DNA of 64,000 bases, from assembly GCA_003518055.1 (NCBI GenBank), contig DOZJ01000006.1:201631-265630 (forward strand), given 5' to 3'. Position 1 is the first letter of the stretch. Each line of letters opens with the position of its first letter. This document shows positions 7,727 through 18,107 of the stretch, piece by piece. The DNA is from Candidatus Falkowbacteria bacterium. Lineage in GTDB: Bacteria; Patescibacteriota; Patescibacteriia; UBA11705. A program made the position numbers and the translations under genes. The notes beneath the pieces were generated by a model. It was not told the DNA's origin. It ran no database searches and worked only from the letters and a program-made list of their open reading frames with translations.

Positions 7727-8914
7727 ATGGTGCTTAATTTCCGGTTGTTTGAAAATTCAACTGATATGGTTGTGTCTGCGGCTAGTTTACAGCTCGAAAC
7801 AAATTTTGGCGTTAAGTTGATCAAGGTGCCCGGGTTGGTTCAAGTGATCAATACCTTGTTTAGAGAAGTCGTTCGGGTGAAAACCGACCGAGGTGAATTG
7901 CTGACAGGGGTTGATATCGGTTGGGACAATGTGGCGTGGATGCGTTTGCTTGATACCAATGACAAGGGATTTGAAGTTTTGTTGGAAGGCATTCAGGCGA
8001 CGCCGAAATATGATGAATCGAATTTGTTATTCTTGAAAGATCTCGGTGCTATGGCAGAATTGGTCAGGGCTTTGCACAGTCTCTGTCATTCGATTGTAGG
8101 TTTTTCTTCGAATCGAGTGGCTTTCGCGCTGCCCGATTGCGCGGTTATGACGAAGTATTTTTCCTTTGACGCGGCTGAGAGCGATAACCTGGAAGTTCTG
8201 GTTAAAAGACGGTTTGAGGAAACCTTTCCGTTCGCACCGGAGCATTTTATCTGGGGGTGGCGGGAATCAGCGCGAGTTGATGGTTGTATTTTTGTCATGG
8301 CGTCAGCGGTGAAGAAAGATCTTTATAATGGATATTTGGCGGTATTGACTCAAGCGGGTTTGGACCCAGTGGTCATGACGACTCGAGCTGAGGTTTATAG
8401 TTTGACTCACAGCATTCAAGAGAGCGCTCGAAGGGGTGAAAACGCGGTGGTGATTGATCTTGGTCGAGCGGATTTTTCCGTTTACTCGTATCAATCCGGC
8501 CGGTTGTGTTTTGACCGTTATGTGGCCCCAAGTGAAACAGGTGAAGTGTCGCTGGGACAGCTGTGGCGGACGATTAATTATGAAAGGTTGGTTGCCCTTC
8601 ATAGAATTGATCGGTTTTTTATTACCGGTATCGGAGCAGATGATCCGGAATTGGCTGAAAAGTTTCATCATACAGCCTGTGAAGTTTCAGCCCGGCATGA
8701 TCATTTGCCCGGTTTGTCTCTTGACGAAGACGAGCCGTCAACCGTAACTATAACCAATTCAGTTGCACCAAAGACTGAACCGGAAAGAATTGTGTTTGAA
8801 AAGCTGGAGGTGTTTGATCCAACGCTGGAAGTGTTTGATCCAACATTGAATAGCGCGATCCGTTTCGAGCCGGAAATGAGTCTGGCAGCGGCACTTGCCA
8901 GTATTAAGGGTTAA
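7727..8914 (+). CDS. divergent PilM-like (actin-fold) pilus assembly protein
   Basis: GVDIG, VAFALPD, FPF, AGLDP, AVVIDLG motifs in PilM order; own promoter and GGGAGG SD. Confidence 0.6.
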   Translation: MVLNFRLFENSTDMVVSAASLQLETNFGVKLIKVPGLVQVINTLFREVVRVKTDRGELLTGVDIGWDNVAWMRLLDTNDKGFEVLLEGIQATPKYDESNLLFLKDLGAMAELVRALHSLCHSIVGFSSNRVAFALPDCAVMTKYFSFDAAESDNLEVLVKRRFEETFPFAPEHFIWGWRESARVDGCIFVMASAVKKDLYNGYLAVLTQAGLDPVVMTTRAEVYSLTHSIQESARRGENAVVIDLGRADFSVYSYQSGRLCFDRYVAPSETGEVSLGQLWRTINYERLVALHRIDRFFITGIGADDPELAEKFHHTACEVSARHDHLPGLSLDEDEPSTVTITNSVAPKTEPERIVFEKLEVFDPTLEVFDPTLNSAIRFEPEMSLAAALASIKG

Positions 8915-8959
8915 GAACGTTATCAAGACGTTCTTTTTTATTATCGTGAGGTGGTTGGT

Positions 8960-9047
8960 GGAGGCTCATTCATCTGTCGGTTAATGAGGCTGCCGCGCTT
9001 GACAGCTAATGGAGGCTGTCGCGTCGTTACTGCGTACTCCTCGCAGC
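8960..9047. repeat. orphan copy of the GIY-YIG-associated repeat
   Basis: TGACAGCTAATGGAGGCTGTCGCGTCGTTACTGCGTACTCCTCGCAGC. Confidence 0.85.
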
Positions 9048-9124
9048 GAGGGAAAGGGATGATTTTTACATAGTTTTTATTTTGGTATATAATATGGATG
9101 TAAAAGATAAATAATTGGAAATTT

Positions 9125-10147
9125 ATGACTATGGAATTTGCGGCCGCGGCCATGAATAAACAGCCGAATATTAATGATTTGAGGTCTGAGTTTGATGAAG
9201 AAAGTATTGATCGAGCCAAACGGTCTATTGAAAAAGGAAAGGGTGATATGAAATTAAAAGAGTTGTTGGCTGATCCTGACAGCGCAGCCTATTTGGAAGC
9301 GTTACGGCGAAATTTGGTGGGTTTGGATAAAAGACGCCGGAAATCAGAACGGTTGGTCGAGAGAGAAAAACAAGGGCGAGTCGCAAAAGCGGAAAATACG
9401 ATTATGCTTTTGGCGGGGAGGGGAATGATTTATTCAAATGACGCGCAGACTTTGGAAGGAGCTCTGTCCGTGGTAAAAGGGGCTCCCGAGGCTACGCGGG
9501 AAGAATTTTCAGCCAAGTGGAATGAGATGTTTTTTTCAAGGATGACTGAATTGACCGATCGAATGGAAAATCCGCTGGAACAAAAATTGGAAACATTACG
9601 GGAATTGATGGGATTAGCCTATGATTGGCTCAGAGCCAGACAGCGTAAATATTTTGAGGGCGGCGCAGCTTTTGCCGGCAATAAAAGCAAAAGCAATTTT
9701 GTGGATATGACAATTTTTACTGCCGGGCCGTTGATCAAAGCGTTGCGGGATAATTTGGGAGACGGATTTGCAAAAAAAATGGCGGTGTTGAATGAATTGA
9801 ATGATTCTCCCGGATCATACGGCCGGTTTATTGGTGATTTGAATCGCTTTGTGAAAAAATTTGAGGTTTTAAAGAGGGAGGCTGTCATGATGTCAAATGG
9901 TGATGATCGTCAAGAACGGACTCGAGGAGATAAACTCCAAAAAAAAATGGTCGCGTTGGAATCTTTGGATGATAAACATGCCCATGAAGTATTCGCGGCT
10001 TTGGCGGAGAATCTAAATTTGATTGATGAGGGCGATGAAGCGGTAATAATGACTCCGGGGAAGGTTTGGGACAGTCCGCAGATGACGATGAGAAAATTGC
10101 AGGCTGTAGATGAGTCCGTAACCGCCGCTTTGGCAAAAAAAGAATAA
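9125..10147 (+). CDS. hypothetical helical protein
   Basis: 340-aa ORF with upstream TATAAT and downstream terminator. Confidence 0.7.
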   Translation: MTMEFAAAAMNKQPNINDLRSEFDEESIDRAKRSIEKGKGDMKLKELLADPDSAAYLEALRRNLVGLDKRRRKSERLVEREKQGRVAKAENTIMLLAGRGMIYSNDAQTLEGALSVVKGAPEATREEFSAKWNEMFFSRMTELTDRMENPLEQKLETLRELMGLAYDWLRARQRKYFEGGAAFAGNKSKSNFVDMTIFTAGPLIKALRDNLGDGFAKKMAVLNELNDSPGSYGRFIGDLNRFVKKFEVLKREAVMMSNGDDRQERTRGDKLQKKMVALESLDDKHAHEVFAALAENLNLIDEGDEAVIMTPGKVWDSPQMTMRKLQAVDESVTAALAKKE

Positions 10148-10217
10148 ACAAAAGAAATAAAATAGACGTCAGATGAGCGTCTATTTTCTTGTAAAAAAAA
10201 GAGAAGTTATCTCTTTG

Positions 10218-10445
10218 TTAACGAAATTTGTCACCGCTGTACATGGGATTGGCCAGATAATCATTGGTTGGCTGATGGCCGGAATCAAAATTGATTTCAA
10301 TTGAAAATATTTCAGGATGTTCGCGGATTAGTTTACCGGCGGCGGCGTCAGCGCTGAGCGACGATTTGGCCGTGGTGGCCGGTGAATTTGAGGGAAAGGC
10401 AATGAACCAGACACTATCCCGGCGGATAAAAATTTTTGGTGGCAT
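10218..10445 (-). CDS. hypothetical protein
   Basis: AAGGAGG SD and TTGACA promoter on the - strand. Confidence 0.5.
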   Translation of the reverse strand: MPPKIFIRRDSVWFIAFPSNSPATTAKSSLSADAAAGKLIREHPEIFSIEINFDSGHQPTNDYLANPMYSGDKFR

Positions 10446-10564
10446 TTGTCCTCCTTGGTTGATTGAATCATAATGACATTGACAGGGAAGTTTGTCAACT
10501 TTACGGACCGAGAAGAAATCAGCTATAATAAAATTATATTTGCGAAATAAATAATCATAAAAAT

Positions 10565-11596
10565 ATGAAAAAACAATGGCGGTATTTGGGCGGGATTCTG
10601 AGTGTTTTATTACTGATGGTATTATTGACCGGCTGCACCAAAACGCCGGAGTCCGTGGTGGATAAAATGATCGCTAAAATGGCGGCGGTAAAAACTTACC
10701 AATTTGATGCCACCGTTGGTTTGAAGGGGACGATGGCGGCCTTGGAGCAGGGGCTTCAGCTCAGTAACGAGAGTAGCGAAACCAAAATTAAGGCTAAGGG
10801 GCAGGTTGATATGAGAAATGATGATAATGTAAAATATGTCGCGAATCTGGATGTGGCTTTTCAGGCTGAAGGTACGGCCCTTACGCTGAAGGCGGATTTG
10901 TTGACTACCAGCCAGGCGACATATATCAAGGTGAATGAAGCACCCCAGATCGCTTTGATGGATTTTTCACAGTTGAAAGATACGTGGTATAAATTCCAGG
11001 CTGCGGATGGAACAGCGGAGTCGGGTGAAGAGCCGCTGTCAGCTTCTCAGGTCAGAAAAATCAAGAAGTTATTTCAAAATACAGATTTTTTCACGGTCGC
11101 TGAAGATTATGGCACCGAAGATTTGAATGGTATAAAAACATATCATTATCGGGTAAAATTGAACGGCGATGAGCTGAAACGATTTTTTGTCGAGATGAAA
11201 ACCATTGTTGATGAACAGGAACCGACAACGCAAGAGTTTGAAGAGATTCAGGCAAATTTGGCTAAATGGTCTGGTATGGAAGGTGATGTTTGGATCGGAA
11301 CAAACGATTATTATTTGTATCAGGTTAATGTTGGCGCTAACATTGAAGAAGAAAATAGCGATCTCGAAAGGATGGATTTGTCATTGTCGATGTCTGCGTA
11401 TAATGAGCCGGTTACGATTGACATACCTGCGAACGCCAAGATAATGGATTGGGCGGAAATAATGGGAGTGAATGACGCGACAATTCCAGCTGGAACAGAT
11501 CAGAATTTGACCAAACAACTTGAAGATTTGAATTTGTCAGACGAAGAAATGGCCGTGTTTCAAAAACAGCTTGAGGCGTTGGAAGCCGGACAATAA
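10565..11596 (+). CDS. putative lipoprotein (LppX/LprAFG-like beta-sheet fold)
   Basis: Lipobox LLTGC; C-terminal S.YNEPV.I..P. Confidence 0.7.
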   Translation: MKKQWRYLGGILSVLLLMVLLTGCTKTPESVVDKMIAKMAAVKTYQFDATVGLKGTMAALEQGLQLSNESSETKIKAKGQVDMRNDDNVKYVANLDVAFQAEGTALTLKADLLTTSQATYIKVNEAPQIALMDFSQLKDTWYKFQAADGTAESGEEPLSASQVRKIKKLFQNTDFFTVAEDYGTEDLNGIKTYHYRVKLNGDELKRFFVEMKTIVDEQEPTTQEFEEIQANLAKWSGMEGDVWIGTNDYYLYQVNVGANIEEENSDLERMDLSLSMSAYNEPVTIDIPANAKIMDWAEIMGVNDATIPAGTDQNLTKQLEDLNLSDEEMAVFQKQLEALEAGQ

Positions 11597-11630
11597 AATA
11601 GGCGCGAAATAATTATTAAATCAAAAAAGT

Positions 11631-12371
11631 ATGTGGTATGTAATCGGTTTTGTGGTGCTGGTGTTGTTGATCAGTTTGCGCCAAATCAATGAGTATGAAC
11701 GCGGGGTGATGTTTACCACGGGAAAATATAGCGGGACCAAGAAACCCGGCTGGAGATTGGTGGTACCGGTTTTTCAACAGATGAGGAAAATCGATTTGCG
11801 GGTCAAGGCGGTAGACGTGCCGGACCAAAAAGCCATTACCAAAGATAATATTTCCGTGACGGTAAACGCAGTGATTTATTATAAAATCAGCATGGCGGAA
11901 AAAGCGGTGCTGGAAGTTGAGAATTTTTTCTTTGCCATGAGCCAATTGGCGCAGACAACGATGAGAAACGCCGTTGGTGAGGTGGAATTGGACCAGCTTC
12001 TTAGCTCGCGCGAAAACGTATCGGAGAGGATTCGCGCAGTCATCGATAAAGCGTCAGATCCATGGGGCATTAAAGTCGAGAATGTGGAGTTGAAAGATAT
12101 TTCTTTGCCGGAAGATATGGAACGAACCATCGCTAAACAGGCTGAAGCGGAACGCGAAAAGCGAGCGGTAATTATTCGCGCCGAGGGTGAAGTAGTGGCC
12201 GCGGAAAATATGGCGAAGGCGGCAACTATGTTGTCAGCAGCGCCCGGGGCTTTGCATTTGCGTACTTTGCAGTCAATCAATGATATCAGTTCAGATCAAT
12301 CAAATACGGTAGTTTTTGCGATGCCGATTGAGGTGTTGAGAGCGCTGGAAAGGGTGGGGACGAAGGAGTAA
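11631..12371 (+). CDS. SPFH/slipin (stomatin-like) protein
   Basis: EYERGV, ITKDN, AQTTMR, WGIKV, QAEAEREKRA. Confidence 0.93.
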   Translation: MWYVIGFVVLVLLISLRQINEYERGVMFTTGKYSGTKKPGWRLVVPVFQQMRKIDLRVKAVDVPDQKAITKDNISVTVNAVIYYKISMAEKAVLEVENFFFAMSQLAQTTMRNAVGEVELDQLLSSRENVSERIRAVIDKASDPWGIKVENVELKDISLPEDMERTIAKQAEAEREKRAVIIRAEGEVVAAENMAKAATMLSAAPGALHLRTLQSINDISSDQSNTVVFAMPIEVLRALERVGTKE

Positions 12372-12386
12372 AGCGAGTAAAGTAAA

Positions 12387-12424
12387 GAGAGATTAAGAGA
12401 ATTAAGAGATTTAGAGATTAGAGT
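12387..12424 (+). repeat. orphan tract of four-helix-bundle-type repeat (GAGAGATTAAGAGAATTAAGAGAT)
   Basis: Same word as 20548-20571 and 18723-18743. Confidence 0.8.
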
Positions 12425-12567
12425 AAAAAAATAAAAAAAGAGGCTCGAGAGGGCTTCTTTTTTTGAACAAAAAAAGATACAATAAATGGAAAATTGGAAT
12501 GTGGTTGACAATGATGATGTTTTGAGCTAAGATTATCAACCGAATCATCCACGGACAGGAGGCGCGG

Positions 12568-13077
12568 ATGGATAAGGGAAAACCACTGAGTTTTGGTGGA
12601 ATGGAATTGCGGGAATTGCTGCTCGGAGGATTTTATTTGTGGAGCGGAGTGCCGGAACCGATGGAGGGGGTGGTGGTTCTAAATGTTTTTGTTCGCGGTG
12701 ATGATCTGCATCTGGAAATGGTGGATAATGATGTTCGTTGTCCCTGTGAGATTCCAATGGATTTGGTGGTCCGTCGATTTAAAACTGATCCGACAATTGA
12801 TGTTTTTTGTCCGGCTAAGCGGTTGGTTGATCCTGATCCTTTTGGGATGTCGACGGCGTTAAATGTGTTTGTTTTTTCTCTGTCATTTACACTTTCGGTT
12901 TCCCCCATGCTTTTGGGGCTGCGGTTTCTGATTGGGGCAACCAATAAGATTCGAGGATACAGTCAGTATGGTGCGGAGTTTCTTTATCGGTTGAAGGGGC
13001 AGGTGAGCGAGGATGTTTTTGAAACGGTAAAGCAAGCGCTCCGAAATTATTACCGCGAAGGTCCGGTTCTGGTTTGA
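12568..13077 (+). CDS. hypothetical protein
   Basis: AGGAGG SD, own promoter and terminator. Confidence 0.6.
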   Translation: MDKGKPLSFGGMELRELLLGGFYLWSGVPEPMEGVVVLNVFVRGDDLHLEMVDNDVRCPCEIPMDLVVRRFKTDPTIDVFCPAKRLVDPDPFGMSTALNVFVFSLSFTLSVSPMLLGLRFLIGATNKIRGYSQYGAEFLYRLKGQVSEDVFETVKQALRNYYREGPVLV

Positions 13078-13193
13078 GAGTCATAATGGTGACTCTTTTT
13101 TGTTGGGTGATAATGGCATTAATAAAATGGGAGACTTGACATTGTTTTATTATTATGATATTATTTTAAGTTCAAACAACAAAAGGGGGAATT

Positions 13194-13799
13194 ATGAGCT
13201 TAAGTGATCATGATTTGGCTAAATTGTCTTCGGTTTTGGAATCGGCGGGATATGGCGTTCAGGGAGCTTTAATTAGATTAAAAATAGTTTGTTTGCGACT
13301 TAATATCTCTGATCTTGAACGGTTGACGTCAGTTTATCATAGACATTTGGAATTGATGAAGGATTTATTGCGCAAAATGGAAGATAAATGGAATGATTTT
13401 GCGGTGAACTGTTTTACTGATTTTGAATTAGCTTGTATTGACGCCCTGTATCCGCTGGGTGATAAACCTACGCCTGTGAGTAATGTTCCGGAAATTTTGA
13501 AGACGGAAGAAAAGTATACTCAAGCAGCATTTATCAGAATGGAAATTAATCATCATCGTCGGAGGCTGGCGGCTATCAATTGGATGAATGATTTACTTCC
13601 TGTTGAATATGCAAGTTCAGCAAAACATTTGGCGAATCAAGAGTGGCTGTGGGCAGAATTGACGAGAGGATTGCCGGTGGAGGTTATTCAGGCCATTGAT
13701 GATCTGTATCCGCTGGTTAATCCGGAGCCAATAACGAAAGCTATGGCTAGACAAATTTTTATGACCAGATTAAGCCTAGTATTCAATAGCGAGCATTAA
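13194..13799 (+). CDS. hypothetical protein, paralog of 13988..14581
   Basis: Shared SAGYG..GALIRL, EDKWN, FELACID.LYPL; internal two-fold repeat. Confidence 0.8.
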   Translation: MSLSDHDLAKLSSVLESAGYGVQGALIRLKIVCLRLNISDLERLTSVYHRHLELMKDLLRKMEDKWNDFAVNCFTDFELACIDALYPLGDKPTPVSNVPEILKTEEKYTQAAFIRMEINHHRRRLAAINWMNDLLPVEYASSAKHLANQEWLWAELTRGLPVEVIQAIDDLYPLVNPEPITKAMARQIFMTRLSLVFNSEH

Positions 13800-13987
13800 T
13801 AGATGCTCTTTTTTGTTGAAAAAAATACTAGGCTTAGAACAAATCATATAAAATATGAGTAATTAAGGCTGGTGGCGGGATATTTTAGCGGTGGATGGTT
13901 AGATTCAAGGGTGAATAAAATGGATGATTTGACAGTTTTTATTCGATGTGTTATATTATATAGTCACTTCACACACGAGGGGGAAGC

Positions 13988-14581
13988 ATGAAACTTAGAG
14001 ATTTTGATTCTTATAAGCTAAGTACAGTTTTTGACTCTGCCGGCTATGGTAGTCATGGAGCTTTGATTAGGCTAAGAATAAATTTTGGGCGGCGGCATAT
14101 CGCGGATCTTGAATGGTTGAAAGATGTTTATCAGGTATATTTCGTATATTTGAAAGCATTTTTGCGTCAACAGGAAGATAAATGGAATGTTTTTACTGGC
14201 TTTTTTACTGCTTTTGAATTGGCTTGTATTGACGAGCTGTATCCACTTGATGATAAGCATAAGTCCGTGAGTGGTGTCCCTGAAATTCTGAAGACAGCAC
14301 AAATCGGCCCACAGGTAGCGTTTCGCCGAATGAAAATTAATTATCGGCGCCAGATGGTCGCGGCCATGGATTGGATGAAGGATCTGTTCCCCGATGAATA
14401 TGAAAATTCAGTACTAGAATTGGAGTCATCTGAACAGATGTGGGTAAGGTTGACTGAAAGTTTGTCGGTCGAGGTACTTCGTGCAGTTGATGATTTATAT
14501 CCGCTGGTTCATCCGGAGCCAATGACAAAAGATAAGGCTAGGCAAATGATCATTGATCAAAATCTTCTCGAGATTAATTAG
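13988..14581 (+). CDS. hypothetical protein, paralog of 13194..13799
   Basis: Shares the motifs of 13194..13799; own promoter, SD and terminator. Confidence 0.8.
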   Translation: MKLRDFDSYKLSTVFDSAGYGSHGALIRLRINFGRRHIADLEWLKDVYQVYFVYLKAFLRQQEDKWNVFTGFFTAFELACIDELYPLDDKHKSVSGVPEILKTAQIGPQVAFRRMKINYRRQMVAAMDWMKDLFPDEYENSVLELESSEQMWVRLTESLSVEVLRAVDDLYPLVHPEPMTKDKARQMIIDQNLLEIN

Positions 14582-14677
14582 AGAGCATGAATAAGGTGCT
14601 CTTTTTTGTTGGAGTGGATGTGAATATTAAAGGGGGTAATTTTGTGGTATAATAAAGTTGAATAAAGGAGAGGCTTT

Positions 14678-16609
14678 ATGTCTTTTTTAATAAAAAAAAC
14701 CAAAATACGCAAAGTCAAAAAGTACGGTTATTCTTTCACGCAGAATAAAAGCGTGAAAATTGAACCGTCAAATCGTCGAATTAAAATTTTGATGGTATTT
14801 TTTACGTTGGTGACAATTGCGATTGTTTTTCGGCTGACGCGGCTGCAGATTTTCGATGGTGGTTATTATTACGCCTTGGCCAATGATCAGCATGAAATTT
14901 TTCAGCAGTTGTATCCGCAGCGAGGGACGATTTATGTTCAAGACAAATCAATAAGCGGTGAGGAAAAATTGTATCCAATCGCCACCAATCGGGAACTGAC
15001 TTTTATTTACGCCATCCCCTCGGTGATCACCGATCCGGAGGCGGTTTTGACGGCCTTGATGGAAGTACTTGATTTTGACGATGAGATCGGTAAACTAAAA
15101 AAAGATTTGCCGCCGATGGCGATGTCAGAGGAACTAACAGCGGAAGAGGTTGAAAAAGAAAAAAAACGATTGGAAGGATTGGCCCGGTCGGAAGCCCTTG
15201 ATTTATTTAAGGCCAAAACTCTCGAGCGTCTGAGTAAAAATGATGACCCGTATGAACCAATACAACATCGGGTGACTGATGACAGAGTCCAAAAGTTAAA
15301 AGAATATAATTTGGAGGGAATACGTTTTGTGGCTGAGGATGCTCGTTATTACCCCGAGGGGAATGTCGGGAGTGTTTTGCTTGGATTTGTCGGACATACA
15401 AGTGAGAATAATATGCTGAAAGGATATTACGGCATTGAGGGGAATTTTAATGAATACTTGGCGGGAGAGGCTGGTTTTATTCGCTCGGAGTCTGATGTGG
15501 CCGGACGATGGATCGCTTTGGCCGGTAAAGAGTTTAAGCAAGCCAAGGACGGATCGGACGTGGTTTTGACGATTGATAAAACTATTCAATATTACGCGTG
15601 CGATGAGTTGAATAATGGATTGAGCAAATATGGCGCCGATAGCGGTTCAATCATCGTTATGAATCCAAAAACAGGAGCGATTATCGCTATGTGTTCCGCT
15701 CCTGATTATAACCCGAATGATTACAACAAAGTTGATGACGTTTCAGTCTATAATAATCAGTCATTGATTACAGCGTATGAGCCGGGTTCGGTATTCAAGG
15801 CGGTTACCATGGCAATCGCTCTTGATTATGGTAAGGTGACGCCATTTACCACTTACAACGATACCGGGGTGGAAAAAATCGCGGAATACAGTATTCGAAA
15901 TTCAGATTTGAAAGCTCATGGAATCAGAACTATGACGCAAGTGTTGGAAGAGTCATTGAATACAGGCACGATTTTTGCCGCGAGGCAGGTGGGGATTGAT
16001 GTGTTTGCCGATTATGTCAAACGGTTTGGGTTCGGCCGGCAGACAGATTTTGATTTGACGCCGGAAGCTGCGGGGGACTTGAGTAATTTGGATAAAAAAC
16101 ATGATTTGTATTTGGCTACCGCTTCTTTTGGGCAGGGAATAACCGTCACTCCGATGCAAATGGTTCGCGCTTATGCCGCGATTGCCAATGAAGGTAAATT
16201 GATGCGGCCGTTTGTGGTAGAAAAGGTTAACGGTTTGGATCAGAGTAAAATTACAGAACCGAAGACGGTCGGACAGATAATTTCCAAGGAAACTGCGAAA
16301 CAACTTGGGAGTATGCTGGTGTCCGTGGTGCAAAATGGTCATGCCAAAGGCGCTCAGGTTTCGGGATATTTGGTCGCCGGTAAAACCGGCACAGCTCAGG
16401 TGCCTGATTTGGAACGTGGCGGCTATTCCGATAAAACGATTCATACGTTTGTTGGATATGCGCCTTATGATGACCCGGCGTTTGTCATTTTGGTTAAGTT
16501 CGATAATGTGAGAAACGGTCGGTTTGCTGAGTCCTCGGCTGTGCCCTCGTTTCAAAAAATTGCCAAATTTATTCTTGATTATTATGAAATTCCGCCGAGT
16601 GTAAGGTAG
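14678..16609 (+). CDS. ftsI: class B penicillin-binding protein (FtsI/PBP3-like)
   Basis: RGTIY, RYYP, LTID, EPGSVFK (SxxK), SLN (SxN), GKTGTAQ (KTG); upstream of murF. Confidence 0.88.
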   Translation: MSFLIKKTKIRKVKKYGYSFTQNKSVKIEPSNRRIKILMVFFTLVTIAIVFRLTRLQIFDGGYYYALANDQHEIFQQLYPQRGTIYVQDKSISGEEKLYPIATNRELTFIYAIPSVITDPEAVLTALMEVLDFDDEIGKLKKDLPPMAMSEELTAEEVEKEKKRLEGLARSEALDLFKAKTLERLSKNDDPYEPIQHRVTDDRVQKLKEYNLEGIRFVAEDARYYPEGNVGSVLLGFVGHTSENNMLKGYYGIEGNFNEYLAGEAGFIRSESDVAGRWIALAGKEFKQAKDGSDVVLTIDKTIQYYACDELNNGLSKYGADSGSIIVMNPKTGAIIAMCSAPDYNPNDYNKVDDVSVYNNQSLITAYEPGSVFKAVTMAIALDYGKVTPFTTYNDTGVEKIAEYSIRNSDLKAHGIRTMTQVLEESLNTGTIFAARQVGIDVFADYVKRFGFGRQTDFDLTPEAAGDLSNLDKKHDLYLATASFGQGITVTPMQMVRAYAAIANEGKLMRPFVVEKVNGLDQSKITEPKTVGQIISKETAKQLGSMLVSVVQNGHAKGAQVSGYLVAGKTGTAQVPDLERGGYSDKTIHTFVGYAPYDDPAFVILVKFDNVRNGRFAESSAVPSFQKIAKFILDYYEIPPSVR

Positions 16610-16646
16610 GTCATCGATAGATAATTCGGAATGGAATCGGTAGATG

Positions 16647-16706
16647 TTGCTTCGTTTGACAGCTAACGGAGGCTGCCGCGTCGTTACTGCGTACTCCTCG
16701 CAGCAA
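16647..16706. repeat. orphan copy of the GIY-YIG-associated repeat
   Basis: TTCGTTTGACAGCTAACGGAGGCTGCCGCGTCGTTACTGCGTACTCCTCGCAGCAA between ftsI and murF. Confidence 0.85.
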
Positions 16707-16774
16707 TAAAAGTTTAATGTCGGGAGTTGAAATTCTTGTGAAATTGATATATAATGAATATTATTCATTGAAAA

Positions 16775-18061
16775 ATGAAAGCAATTATGAAGAAATTACT
16801 GCAAAAAATATTGGCTTATTATTCAAAAAAAATATTGCTCAAATATAAACCAAGGGTGATTGGAATCACCGGTTCAATTGGAAAAACTTCGACCAAGGAA
16901 GCGGTTTTTGCCGTGGTGAAAACAAAGTTCCGGGCGCGGCAAAATATTAAAAACTATAATAATGAAATTGGGGTGCCGCTCACGGTAATTGGAGCTGAAA
17001 CAGGCGGACGGTCAATTGGCGGTTGGTGGCGAGTGTGGCGGCAGGCGATTAAGCTGTTGACTTCAACCGATGATAATTATCCGGAAATTTTGGTTTTGGA
17101 GATGGGCGCGGATAAACCGGGTGATATCGAGTATCTGGTTGATGTGGCGTCTTGTGATATTGGGGTGGTAACAAAAGTGGCGCCGGCTCACGTGGAGTTT
17201 TTCGGTTCAATCGAGGAAATCGCCAAAGAAAAAAAGAAAATTGTCACTCATATTGATAAAGATGGATTTGCTGTGTTGAATTTTGATGATAATCGAGTGA
17301 AAAACATGGCTAAACAGGTAAAGGCCAAAGTGGTGTCTTATGGTTTCGCTCCCGAGGCGGCGGTCCGAGCGATTGAGCTGACCAGTCAGGGGCAGGGAAT
17401 TAATTTATCAGGATTACAATTTAAACTATCTTATGGCGGAAGTTCGGTGCCGGTTTCAATTCCGGGTGTGATCGGCGGTCATCAGATATACGCGGCCTTG
17501 GCGGCGGCGGCTGTCGGCGTCTGTCTTGGGTTAAATATTCTGGAGATTTCCGATGGGTTGAAAAATTATCAGGCGCCGAAAGGCCGAATGCGGCTTTTGC
17601 CCGGAATAAATGGTTCTCTGCTGGTTGATGATACATATAACTCTTCACCCGAAGCAGCTAAAGCGGCGGTCGAGGCGGTCGGAAAGATTGAGACCGTCGG
17701 ATCGAGGGTGGCCGTGCTGGGTGATATGCTGGAATTGGGTGAAATATCAAATGAAGAACATCAGAATTTGGGCCGAGAAATCGCTGTTAATGGTTTTGAT
17801 GTTTTGGCGGCGGTGGGAAAATATCGACAAGAAATAATTAAGGGAGCCAAAGCAAGCGGTTTTGGCGGCTTGATTTTGGACTTTGAGCAATCAGATGGAG
17901 TGTCTGAGGAACTTGTTCATGGGTTAAAATCAGGCGATGTGGTTTTGGTGAAGGGTTCTCAGGGGTCAAGAATGGAGAAAGTGGTTCGAGGCTTGCTGGC
18001 TGATCCGAGCCGCGCGAGTGAGTGGCTGGTTCGGCAGGACGGAAAGTGGCTAAAAAATTAA
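16775..18061 (+). CDS. murF: UDP-N-acetylmuramoyl-tripeptide--D-Ala-D-Ala ligase
   Basis: GITGSIGKTSTKE, NYNNEIGVP, LEMGAD, DDTYNSSP, LGDMLELG, LVKGS. Confidence 0.95.
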   Translation: MKAIMKKLLQKILAYYSKKILLKYKPRVIGITGSIGKTSTKEAVFAVVKTKFRARQNIKNYNNEIGVPLTVIGAETGGRSIGGWWRVWRQAIKLLTSTDDNYPEILVLEMGADKPGDIEYLVDVASCDIGVVTKVAPAHVEFFGSIEEIAKEKKKIVTHIDKDGFAVLNFDDNRVKNMAKQVKAKVVSYGFAPEAAVRAIELTSQGQGINLSGLQFKLSYGGSSVPVSIPGVIGGHQIYAALAAAAVGVCLGLNILEISDGLKNYQAPKGRMRLLPGINGSLLVDDTYNSSPEAAKAAVEAVGKIETVGSRVAVLGDMLELGEISNEEHQNLGREIAVNGFDVLAAVGKYRQEIIKGAKASGFGGLILDFEQSDGVSEELVHGLKSGDVVLVKGSQGSRMEKVVRGLLADPSRASEWLVRQDGKWLKN

Positions 18062-18107
18062 TCATTTAATTTTGTAAAATATTGACAATGTAAACAAGGG
18101 GGGATCA

